Shown: positions 42,301 through 51,200 of the stretch, piece after piece
How positions within the stretch are numbered: the stretch's first letter is position 1
How the letters are laid out: the number at the start of each line of letters is the position of its first letter
NCBI GenBank assembly: GCA_977020255.1
Contig: CDROCS010001279.1
Location: 248,001 to 312,000 of the forward strand
Source: Obrimoposthia wandeli
Lineage: Eukaryota
DNA: 64,000 nt
Direction of reading: 5' to 3'
Notes under the pieces: generated by a model
Told to the model about the DNA's origin: nothing
Database searches by the model: none
What the model saw: the letters and a program-made list of their open reading frames with translations, nothing else
Translations under genes and position numbers: made by a program

Positions 42301-43972
42301 CGTCTAATCTTTGGAGACTTTGGATTTTTATTTTAAAGATTAGTTTACTTAAAAAATCAAGATCCAAAGAATTCATTGAAGACATTTTTCAATTCATTGA
42401 ATAATGTAGTGTTATGCATTAAGCTTAAAAACGCTGTTACGATACAATACGATACAATTTTCTACCTTTCTATTTAGCACAATTCATATTTTTATTTACA
42501 ATTTACATTACCGTAACATTTTTTTATGAAAATTTTACTGAAAATCCTAACTTTATGGACCTAGAAAAGTTGATATGTTGTAAATTATAACCTATGCTCA
42601 TATGAAAATTCCATTTATCTGGAAGTTGATGTCAAAATTAGTTTTCGCATGGCGTTACAATCGGATTTGATTTTCTATTGATGTGCTTAAAATTTTTATA
42701 AAGAAAAGTGACAACATGACAACATCAGTTTTGGGTTTAATTATGCTACTTCAGGGGTTTTCAACCAGCGGTACAAAAAGCTTTCTGTATATTGCTACAT
42801 TTTCTATGCTGTATTAATAAATAAAACAAACAATATTTTTTGTATTAAGGCTATAAAAATTAACAATTATACAAAACTGTATTTGCATAAATTTTATAAT
42901 TTTAACTAGTTTAATGAGTTTTTTACTAATATTAACATACAATTTGACTCATCTAAAAGTCCTTTGGTGCCCATCAAATTATTTAACCAATTTAGACGTT
43001 TAGGAAATAATTATCCTCGATGTGTCAGGTCAAAATGTCGCTTATGTTTTATTTACCTGTCTCTGTGAACTCTCTGTATACATATTTCAAGCTCAAATTT
43101 GTAAAAATTGCAGAAATTTAATATGTAATTGATGAAATAAAAAATAAACATCATAAATTAAATAAAGAAGCGCAGAAATCATTATTTTTGAAAAACAAAT
43201 TACATTAAAGTTATTAATGCAGCTAAAATGTTATATTAAAGTCGGTAGCAGTGAGATATATGCAAAAGATTCCATCAATCCATCACCATTTTATCTTAAC
43301 ATTTTAAAAGTAATTATGAACAAAGTAATGAAGATTATTTACCAATTACACATTAAGACGTTTCTGTTTAAAAATACTGTTAACTACTCAGTTGCTAATC
43401 AGTAGAGCGCATTTGAATAATAATTCCTTTATTTTTTAAGAAATTAATGCTATATTAAACATATGCTATTTGATTTATGCATAATTTATTTTAGACCATA
43501 TAAAATAAATTTTGTGTTATTTGAAATATTTAATTTTCTTGGTAATGTAAAATGCATCAATAACTAAAATTCTGACGTTATATTTTACAATTTAATTGCT
43601 TGACATTAAATAATCTTTAACTATTAATCACATAAAAACGCTTACCGATTTTGCATTTGGAGAAAATGGTTCAGTCTTTAATTCCGATGATAAAGTATAA
43701 CTAGCAGATCTCTGACGTTTATTTAAATTAACAGCATTGGTGATTAGATAATTCTTTTGCGGATTTTCAGTTTTAATAATTATTGTTCTGTTTGCATTAT
43801 TGAATTTATTGAGTTTGTTAAGAGAAACAGATTTTGCATTTCCGTCTAGCATTAATTTGCAAATAAATATAGAAGGAGAATTAAATTTACATTTTTGCGG
43901 ATGAGAGTTTTTTTCCTCTTCAATGATTTGTTGACGCATCAACTCTTGGTGAACATTAGTTCGAGACTTCAT
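12200..43972 (-). CDS. MITF: MiT/TFE-family bHLH-leucine-zipper transcription factor (MITF/TFEB/TFE3 homologue), 9 coding exons, about 788 aa
   Basis: Exons 43646-43972, 41251-41337, 38021-38585, 27700-27781, 26832-26979, 17921-18251, 17483-17865, 13834-14147, 12200-12329. All introns are GT-AG with compatible phases (2367 nt = 789 codons including stop). Motifs MKSRTNVHQELMRQQ, KTENPQKNY, KS|PMDL, DDVLD, TSCPAN, KKDCHNR|IERKRRDYINNQIQELGQLLP, NKGGILKNSVIYI, HIQ|GLQEQLSSAGLSIP. bHLH intron positions match those recalled for vertebrate MITF. Which vertebrate paralogue it is closest to cannot be resolved. Confidence 0.9.
13834..14147 (-). CDS. MITF: MiT/TFE exon 8 (Gly-rich, DPVLSH motif)
   Basis: Acceptor tgcag|tgg, donor cg|gtgagg, 314 nt, phase 0 to 2; GC-rich island. 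Confidence 0.8.
14680..15030 (-). mobile_element. L2/CR1-type LINE 3' RT fragment
   Basis: Homologous to the better-preserved copies at 19640-20400 and 21640-21980. Confidence 0.55.
15230..15513 (+). pseudogene. Probable piggyBac transposase C-terminal remnant
   Basis: VDFLRKK...KRRRGYNCNKHTRSTCKK resembles a decayed piggyBac cysteine-rich domain. Confidence 0.35.
17483..17865 (-). CDS. MITF: MiT/TFE exon 7 (Ser/Gly/Thr-rich, DSPVLSS motif)
   Basis: Acceptor tacag|gc, donor cgg|gtaatt, 383 nt, phase 1 to 0; separated from exon 6 by a 55-nt intron (17866-17920). Confidence 0.8.
17921..18251 (-). CDS. MITF: MiT/TFE exon 6 (end of zipper, poly-Q tract)
   Basis: Acceptor ttgcag|ggt, donor a|gtgagt, 331 nt; GLQEQLSSAGLSIP aligns with MITF ELEMQARAHGLSLIP; QQQQQSP tandem units. 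Confidence 0.85.
19025..19065 (+). repeat. Tc1/mariner-type TIR, inverted relative to 27144-27184
   Basis: CAGGGTGAATCAAAATAACTGTTACAACCTCAATTCCTAGT. Confidence 0.65.
19640..20400 (-). mobile_element. L2/CR1-type LINE reverse-transcriptase 3' fragment
   Basis: HFHVYADDT (YADD) near 20165; NLRLLFES; MNCQINKVIRMCNMHIKNIYLMRKYLTTEIITMLTHANIISRLGFQNCVL matches the L2-type RT C-terminal region. Confidence 0.8.
21640..21980 (-). mobile_element. L2/CR1-type LINE 3' fragment, same family
   Basis: MNCQINKVIRTCNSHIQNINLRREYPTTEISTMLMHGIITSILEFQNFVL. Confidence 0.7.
23084..24050 (+). mobile_element. Degenerate mariner element
   Basis: TA|CAGGGGTTGTTCGAAAAG terminus; SSGDFNLED, DDQIEEILTENPHHSNREIA...MGK...WIP, FLHDNTRP, FPYPP..SNLAPSNYCLF. 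Confidence 0.8.
26832..26979 (-). CDS. MITF: MiT/TFE exon 5 (loop, helix 2, zipper)
   Basis: Acceptor tttag|g, donor cag|gtaggc, 148 nt; ESKRNKGGILKNSVIYIQQMQDSLNCMQNLLKETQVAETVITSFYKHIQ. Confidence 0.92.
27144..27184 (-). repeat. Tc1/mariner-type TIR, same family as 19025-19065
   Basis: ACTAGGAATTGAAGTTGTAACAATTAATTTTAACCACCCTG followed by TA. Confidence 0.65.
27700..27781 (-). CDS. MITF: MiT/TFE exon 4 (basic region, helix 1)
   Basis: Acceptor ctcag|tt, donor ac|gtaaga, 82 nt; (I)ERKRRDYINNQIQELGQLLPEKLFLS. Confidence 0.93.
29776..30363 (+). repeat. Interspersed ~590-bp non-coding repeat (family X), copy 1
   Basis: Direct repeat of 42256-42854, around 90% identical by eye. Confidence 0.85.
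31558..31774. mobile_element. pogo/Tigger-type MITE (217 bp)
   Basis: TIRs CCGTATTTTCCAGACTATAAGGCGCGGC and (reverse complement) CCGTATCTTCCGGACTATAAGACGCGGC; TA at right end, TG at left. Confidence 0.8.
33593..34864 (-). mobile_element. Full-length (1272 bp) mariner with frameshifted DD34D-type transposase
   Basis: ~42-bp TIRs CGTGGTA(TG/CA)TTCAATAAGTCCCTAGCCTACCATAGAAAAAA with TA on both sides; MINQVEYRSVIKFF...ERTGRP..., IVTIDET, LLQDNASVH, LPSDFYMFRYLK. Confidence 0.92.
35440..35900 (-). pseudogene. Mariner transposase 3' fragment, truncated at the minisatellite array
   Basis: KFPPEKPTRKVRRSTNHK (compare WKFPNEKPSNKMRPGTNHRK in the 33593-34864 copy), LHDNA, STPPYNPDRAP...KIFED. Confidence 0.6.
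35903..36292 (+). repeat. Minisatellite array, about 24 units of 16-bp CCTCAATATGACACAA
   Basis: Direct reading of tandem units with variants (GATACAA, GACACCA). Confidence 0.95.
36292..36394 (-). repeat. Inverted, more diverged ~100-bp fragment of repeat family X
   Basis: Reverse complement reads CGATAC..TACAATTTTCTGCCTTTCTATTTAGCA...TTTACATTACCGTAA...TAATGAAAAT, as near 29950-30055. Confidence 0.75.
36395..37418 (+). pseudogene. Inverted duplicate of the MiT/TFE N-terminal exon plus adjacent intron sequence (copy of 43036-44066)
   Basis: ATG at 36490, 6-nt deletion, nonsense TAA at 36535-36537, donor GT at 36811. Identical 62-aa spurious ORFs at 37051-37239(-) and 43217-43405(+) confirm the inversion. 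Confidence 0.92.
37414..37943 (+). repeat. Minisatellite array, about 35 units, mainly 15-bp CTCGATATGACACAA with 16- and 13-bp variants
   Basis: Direct reading; same orientation and family as 35903-36292. Confidence 0.95.
38021..38585 (-). CDS. MITF: MiT/TFE exon 3 (SCPA motif, Q/S/N-rich linker, start of basic region)
   Basis: Acceptor cgcag|ata (an in-frame alternative ctcag|gac lies 12 nt downstream), donor a|gtgagt after KKDCHNR. Confidence 0.88.
39414..39800 (+). mobile_element. pogo/Tigger remnant
   Basis: TA|CCGTATTTTCCGG terminus; RPKRRKL..PQIDAALLN.F resembles the CENP-B-type HTH. Confidence 0.45.
40855..40960 (+). mobile_element. Short L2/CR1 3'-end fragment, opposite orientation to the other copies
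   Basis: Reverse complement of the segment near 19680-19760. Confidence 0.5.
41251..41337 (-). CDS. MITF: MiT/TFE exon 2 (acidic activation-domain-like)
   Basis: Acceptor caacag|ccg, donor gat|gtaagt, 87 nt, phase 0/0; PMDLAFSELGNDDVLDWNQIEPS resembles MITF PMAML...MDDVIDDIISLESS. Confidence 0.82.
42256..42854 (+). repeat. Repeat family X, copy 2
   Basis: Direct repeat of 29776-30363. Confidence 0.85.
43646..43972 (-). CDS. MITF: MiT/TFE N-terminal coding exon (Rag-binding-like motif and ENP motif); a further upstream exon is possible
   Basis: MKSRTNVHQELMRQQIIEEEK resembles MITF MTSRILLRQQLMREQMQEQER; IKTENPQKNYL resembles THLENPTKYHI; donor tcg|gtaagc, phase 0; candidate acceptor aatag about 16 nt upstream of the ATG. 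Confidence 0.8.
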
Positions 43973-44959
43973 TAAATAAGTTCTTGAACTATTCGTACAG
44001 AAAATTAAGAGAAATTAACAACATTAAATAGAGTAATTAATACTAACTGTTAAATATGATTTTTTAGCATTATTAATTCATGTAAAACACAAAGCAGTTT
44101 TTTATAAAATTTTCAAAATAAATCAAATTAAATGATAAATATTGCAGGATTAAAACACGTGTGTAAGATATTATATAACTGCTCTAAAAAATTTAAAACT
44201 TAAACATATTCATGGATTTTGTGGTTTTCCCTTACATCTTCATTTTCATCATTTTTTCTAATTCTTTCAATCAACAACATTAAAAAAATATTATATTTCA
44301 TTTAATTTATATTCAATATTGTATAACTATGGATCAATTATGAAGTTTCGTCTGTGTCGTTTATTTTTCACATAAACTTTCTGCAAATAATAAAAATTAT
44401 ATACCTGTGAATTATTTACAAAGCTGGGAATAAAGAAGACTTATGAACTATTTAACATTTCAAACATATTTTCAAATAAAATCTATTGATTATTATTTTT
44501 TTTGACCCCGATCACTTTGCTGACAGTTGTCATTTAATATCTAATTTTGGTAACGGTTAAAAATAAGAACAATTAATCAATCAATCGTTTTTGCTACGCA
44601 ATAAATGTCCAGGTCTGATTTCTTATACGTTACTTTTCATATTATGACTCACATCTTACACCACACATTTCTTCATCTTTTCAAATTCCAAATTCGTCAA
44701 ATATGGTTAGAAATGAAAATAAAAGAAACACCATAGTCGGAATCAAGCTGTATTAAGTTGCAATGTAACTCAAGATTTATGTTCAAATACTAACTGATCT
44801 TCTTCCGTTCTTTATAACAAGGGCCTAGGCTTTAATTTATATATTTAAATTACATATTCTAAAATGATTATTTTTAGTGGTACCAATAAAAACAATCTAT
44901 GTACTATTATTTCCAGGGATTTCATATACGATATTTTTTTAAAAAGTGCAACACTTCTT

Positions 44960-46345
44960 TGTAAGCAAGAAGTTAATTAAATTTTAAATTTGTGTTAGGA
45001 TTAGGAATTTAATAATTTTCAAAATAATTAATCATTAAATAGTGAAATAAATCTTTGAAAGTAAGATTAAAAATAAAATAAAATAGAATATAAAATTAAA
45101 ATTAAATATAAAGTTATCATAAAGAATATTTAGGACCTTGAAAGGTCATGTTTAATGTGCTGTATATAAGGGATTTTATAAAATTACAAAGGGCCAAGAA
45201 TTAAAGAAGCTAATTAAGCTAGAAAATAAGAAAGAATTCAATTAAGAAGACATAGTGGGAATTTGCCACCTGCACAGGACTAGAAACTTCCAACGTAAGT
45301 GCTTTTGTCTACGAATCAATTAGCTTAATTGATTTATTACAGGCTACTCCGGAATCAAGGAATATTACATTAGGAGAAAATAGTGGGAATTCGCCACCTG
45401 CACAGGAACTCGTCGAGAAAACTCTCAACGTAAGTGCTTTTGGTTGCAGATAGATTTGCCTAAGTGATTTATTTCAGGCCACGTATAAAAGAAGAAGACA
45501 TTTGCTCCAAGAGGCCAGAGTGGCTTTTAGATCAGAAAGCCAGCAATATTCAGAATCCAAAATAAACCTAACATAAACGGGAACGGCACGAAAAAATATT
45601 TAGAATTCGAAAATGTGGTTGATCCGAAAGCGATAAAGAAGTCAGAAGAGGAAAGCGAGCACCACAGAGTCGAATGGACGTGCGATGGTCTAATTATACC
45701 AAGACAATCCGAGAGACAACAAGCACGAGCGCCAGCGGATACAGAGGAAAAAGGACTCCACCTTACCCCGGTACCAAACTCACAGCCGGACGCAATTATA
45801 TCACGGATTGGAGAAAGGTGGGTAAAGCAGGGTGACTGAACGATTGAAAGTAATCCATAATTTTAGAATTGAATTTTACTAAACTCGAAACTGAACGATT
45901 AAAAGTAATCCATAATTTTAGAATTGAATTTTGTTAAAACCCAAATTGAACGAGTAAAATTAACCTGTAGTTTTGAAGTGAATACACCGATATTGGATAA
46001 GAAATTATATTCATATTTTGGAGTAGGTTACCCTATTTAAAATCAGTACACTACGTTGCCATATTTTAGAGTGTTTACTCTGCATAAACTAAATCAACTA
46101 ACTTGCCCATATTTTTAGAGCTACTAGCTCTCTAAAATCAGCCCATATTTTTAGAGTAAACTCTAGTAAACAAACGACCCTAAAATAAAATCGATACGTG
46201 GATCATCTCCACTTGTGTAGAGACTTTGTGCAAAGTAACTAGGATTAGTATTGTTGTTTTTAGAATGTGTTAGAATGTAAACTCGTGTGTTTAGAAATAA
46301 AGATTTCCTACATTAGGCAGTGTTGTATTGAACAGAACCCTTACA
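44960..46345 (+). mobile_element. Probable solo LTR (~1.39 kb)
   Basis: TGTAAG...CTTACA termini, AATAAA near 46296, internal ~130-bp and ~55-bp tandem duplications; no TSD found. Confidence 0.5.
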
Positions 46346-47439
46346 AGCAAGTAGGTGTCAACTACTAAATATACAGCACCACACTAAGGGAATTTTGCAG
46401 TAACCTTATACACAGCTCTTCACACATTTCGCAACACCTAGACATAATAAACCTTCAGATATAAATTGAGATAGGCAAGCATAACTTAAGTAGGCTACAA
46501 ACAACTGCAAGTCCTACTTCTATAGAACTCACGTTGAGGCCCTCCATCAGAGGATCTATATCTAAACTCCAAGGTAGTTTCATATAGAAACCCCAACATT
46601 TGCAATTATCTTTTAAAAGGAACGAAAATTATATTATTTAAGTAATTTACAAACATCCAGATATTCTTTTATTTATTATTTATCGCTTTATTTAAATTCT
46701 AAAAAAAAATTGCATATTTATCTGATGTTTAAACGCTAAATATTGAAAGTGGTTAATTTTATGTTTTAAATTGGTTCCATTAACAAAACTAATAATATTT
46801 ATGACAGTAGCAATATTTACAATTTTAATTCAGATATTCATTTTAATTTTAATATAACTTGATTAAAATTTAAATTACTCGATATTTATTTTTATATTAT
46901 GTTTTACACTTTTTACATTCTGAAAAAAAAATGAAGCTGCAACTTTCAATGAATAATATTAAATAATAAGTATAATTAGAAAAGAAAAGCATAACAGTTC
47001 AAACATTTGTTTTTTACTTTGTTCACATCAAAAATAAAATTTCTGTAAATATATAGTAACACACTCTTTACTCGATTTAATCTATGCTTATAGAATTTTC
47101 ATAATAAAATCGTACTAAAATAGGTAAATAAAATAAGCAAAAACTAAGACTGAAAGTTAAAAGTGTACCTAAATATGTCATAGTTAATATATTCTCGAAT
47201 ATTTCTTTGAGAACTCATATCATTAATAATCATTGTTTATCACAATTGACTGCGAGTGAGAAAATCGCGATATCACTGCACTGTTTGTGCAGACCATCCA
47301 ACTCTGCATATGGGCCATTGCTTAGAAGCATACCACGCAACACTGTGAACATGTTATATACTATTGTGATATCGATTTTGTATTTTTATGCATAATATTT
47401 AGTATTATTTTTAAATATAGCTGGAATTCAGAACCAACT

Positions 47440-47468
47440 TTTTAAAATTAGCCGTGCGCAAAGGGTTA
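47440..47468 (-). repeat. Possible piggyBac-type terminus
   Basis: GCCGTGCGCAAAGGG|TTAG (CCCTTT-type end with imperfect TTAA); no partner end found. Confidence 0.3.
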
Positions 47469-48235
47469 GTTGTAAAAGACGACAATATTTTATATGTATG
47501 TATATCAAAGACATATTGCATCTAAGTTGAAAAAATGTAATTATTTATCATAAAGACATTCTATTTAAATGTATCAATTTTATAATTACATTATTTAAAC
47601 AAGATTCATTAATTAAAATCATTAAGTTCAATGTATGTAGGTTATTATATATCGTGCGTATTTTATTTAATCCAAAAATGTATTTATTGTCTTTATCAAA
47701 TGAAATAAAATTTGTTTTACAGCAATTATAAAATTAATTAGCTCAGAAAGAGTAAATAAGATAAATATTTTAGTTTCATTTCATTAAATCTGAAAAGTGA
47801 TTTTCAACCACTAATCGATGCAATTATAGTTGCTGAGAAGTTTTCTCAGGAAGAGAAGATTTTCCATCTCACTCCATTGATTCTCTGATGTGTATGGGGA
47901 AAATAAATCCTTAAAACGTTATATAGATTTTTTTAATTTAGCTACATACTATTAAAATTACCTAAAATTTTAAACATTTAAATTAATTTCTATCTACTTA
48001 TAAAAAGTAAATAATATGTACAAATTTAATTAAAGATTACTAACAACTTATAAATATAAGTATTATATAATTACCTAAAGTTATTTAAAAAATTTATTCG
48101 TTACAGTTATTTAAATTAAAGTAAATTAGAAAATGGTATATTAATATATTTTGAAAATAGTTTATCGTTTACATAAGAAGAAGTAAAACATGTGTAAGGG
48201 TCAAAAATTTCAATATTTTAAAAGCAAGTAGTCAA

Positions 48236-48318
48236 GCCAAAATGGATGAGTGATTAATGCGGCGGACTTAAGATATACTGGAGGTATCTTTGTGGGGGTT
48301 TGAACTCCACTTCTGGCA
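48236..48318 (+). tRNA. tRNA-Leu(UAA) pseudogene
   Basis: 83 nt; acceptor stem GCCAAAA/TTCTGGC with one mismatch; anticodon loop CTTAAGA; variable arm; T-loop GGTTTGAAC; anticodon stem disrupted (GCGGA/TATAC). Confidence 0.75.
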
Positions 48319-48699
48319 ACCTATTTTTTATTATCAGAAACTATGTTTGTAACAAAGGTGGTCACGTACTGCAAAAACTTGTATAAAGTTGCAATAACTT
48401 GCAACTATATGTGTGTGTATGTGTTGGGAGAAACATTTATTGCTAAAATAATAAGACAAACTTATTTAATTTGATTAATAAAGATGTTTTATACACACAC
48501 GCAGATGGATGTAAACACAGGAGTCAACAGAATAAACATCACTAATAAACGATAAAAAGCATCTGTATAGAGATAACGACCGTAGTCAACAGATCGATGT
48601 TTTTCAATTCCTTTTCTTTTATCATAATGATTGATAAAATTTTATTTTTCTTAACTGTATATTGAAGGGTTGATGATTAAGTGAAATAATGTGCTCATG

Positions 48700-51200
48700 T
48701 TGCACTGTTTCACTTACTCCACTCTCATATACAGCCAAGTATATAGCGTGTGATAAGATATTGGTCGTAAAAATATCCACTGGTTATATGTTACAACCCC
48801 CTTACTTTCATATTTGATTTTACAACAAACAGTGTTAACCATTGCAAAATGCAGGTGAAATGTGGGAAATTTAGAAGTATCCAAAACCACATCCCTAATC
48901 CTTAACCGTAACAAATCTGCTTGGACATTTAAGTCTATACACTTTAAGAAAAAGCTGTGTCACCGGCAATAACCTTGATTTTGCTGTTAAATTGACTCCT
49001 ATATTCTCAAGCTCAATGTACTGTAAGACATATATTCGCAATTTACTTAAGTCTAAAACTGCTTGCCCAATATAGCCCAAACGATCCAAAACGATATTAT
49101 TCTTATTTAATAATATAGTAATTAAATTACCATCGATTTTAATAGTCCGCCTAAATTAAGCCTTTCTACAATATGTAACGAGCTTTTGAGGAGTATTACA
49201 AATACATTAGTTACATATTCTCTTCCTTAAAATTTCAATTAACTTGCCGAAAAGAGAACTAAATTTTAATTTGTAGTAATCCTATTCAAATTCGTTAGTG
49301 GCCTGGGCTCTTTTAATGCTGCTTGTCTCTATATAATCCTATAAAAACATTAGTTTGCGCAAACTTGATGGATCAATGCACACAATCTAAATTTGCACTT
49401 AATATAAGGTACATTTGTAACAAACGAGAGTGTATCACATAATATTTTTTCGGATAGTGCCTCAATAGTAGTCAAGTGTTTTTCTACCTATAGGGATTAT
49501 TTTGTAGAAGTGATCAGCAGGTCATCTAACTTATCATGTAAGTTATTTGGGATAGATAAATCCATTTCCAATAAATAAACAAAGCTATTATATCCAAAAT
49601 CCATAGATGAGAGCTTGGAAATAATAGTTTCTCTAATTGGTCTATTATCCACGTAAAATATCCTACAGGTAAAATTTGTACATAGCTCATCCATATAGAT
49701 TATTAACGTCTATGTATAAACGTTCAATAACAGTTATTGAATCCCCTCGATGTTTGTTAAGAAACGTCATATCGCTGTGGATTCGCGAAAGACCTGATAC
49801 ATTTCGGGATCTTGTACCAACTCACCTTGACGGAAGTAGTGATATTAGTAGATCCCTCAGGCCATAGTAACAACTTGAATGCTGATGCAAAAGTAGGTCC
49901 TGTATTGGGGAGAAATAAGTTAACAAAATATAACTCTAAATAATTACTTCAACATTGTTAAAAGTAATTGCTACAAGATTACTTTATATAATTACCACAA
50001 AATTACTTTAAATAATTAATAAAGAGACTAGATTACTTATGATTATTTCTTTAAATAATTACTAATAATTTACTATTAAAAAATAATAAAAGATTTTAAA
50101 CCAGGAATGCTGAAGAATTTGAGTGGCTTCAGCCCATCGTCACTGATCGACTTGGCTTGAAAAGCATTAGTACGTCCGTTAGCAGGTGTTGGCCAGTAGA
50201 CTATAGAGACTATCTCCCGGTTTTGACCCAAACTAGTTAGCGAGCAGGTAAGCAGGAGGATTGATTGATTCTCTCCATATTGGTGGCAGGCTTTTAATGA
50301 CCCGGAGAGCAGTCTCAGATGTGCCTATGTTGTAATAGAAAATGCCCTTTCTTTTTTGCCACATGAGGAGAATAGATGGTCAAAGTGATCAGTGTTTCCG
50401 GAACATTCTGGACGAGTTTCTCCAAGGTACTGCTGATACATTGCAATGAATCAATGAATCTAGGAAAACTCCATCGATATGCACTATCAAAACCATGAAT
50501 TTCTCACTGGATTGTGGAATCACAGTACAATCCCAATGCAGAAAGTTACTCAACGCATGCTTCATGATGTGATGCATATCGTAGCCTCGCAGGATATGAA
50601 AAATCACAGGGAGACTACGACTCAACCATCTATTGAAATTGCATTTCGAGTGTGCAGCGCCGAAATTCTCGCCAGTCATGTGATCATGATCGTGAACCTA
50701 GTTTTCGACTCTCTTCTTACAAAAAAATAAACAGTAAACGAGTGAAAGCTAACTATCTGCTCCAATGTAAACGGATGCATAACTTCACTGTATGATTACA
50801 AGCTGCTTCAACTTCTTCAAAAACTCGACAACACAAGACTCTTCGGTGAAAACAGAGTACTCATATTGGAATGTGTTGATATCTGCTGAAACGGAAGAAA
50901 CATCATAACATCTGCAATAGGCAAGTGAATCTGATAGTAGATCACATGCACTGGCAGTATGACTTCAAAGTTGGCATAAATTGCAAAATGCGGGAAATTG
51001 TTTTACTGAAGAATGTGAACTCGCAATATTTATCTACAGGCATCTGATACAGAGTTGTATGTTCTGTATTCGATTTACAGAGTGGTGTATGCTTGTTAAA
51101 TGACTCAACGCGTGAAAATCTATGGAGTCACTTATGGCACTAAGTGCATTGAATACCTATTGCTGCTCCTCTGTTTGTATAGTTAAATAAATAATTTAGG
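48700..51200 (-). pseudogene. Polinton/Maverick pPolB, central and C-terminal part, degenerate
   Basis: CHK.LHRFSRVESFNKHTPLC; FAIYANFEVIL (Exo I); VHDHDHMTGENFGAAHSKCN; IFHILRGYDMHHI; PQSSEKF; FLDS; KGIFYY; LLTDVL; GLKPLKFFSIPG; ELVQDPEMY; YLLEMDLSIPNNLHD; YIGQAVLDLSKL; DTSKFP. Confidence 0.9.

Noticed and set aside
46350-46620. Possible LINE RT C-terminal remnant
   Set aside because: Similarity limited to a few residues.
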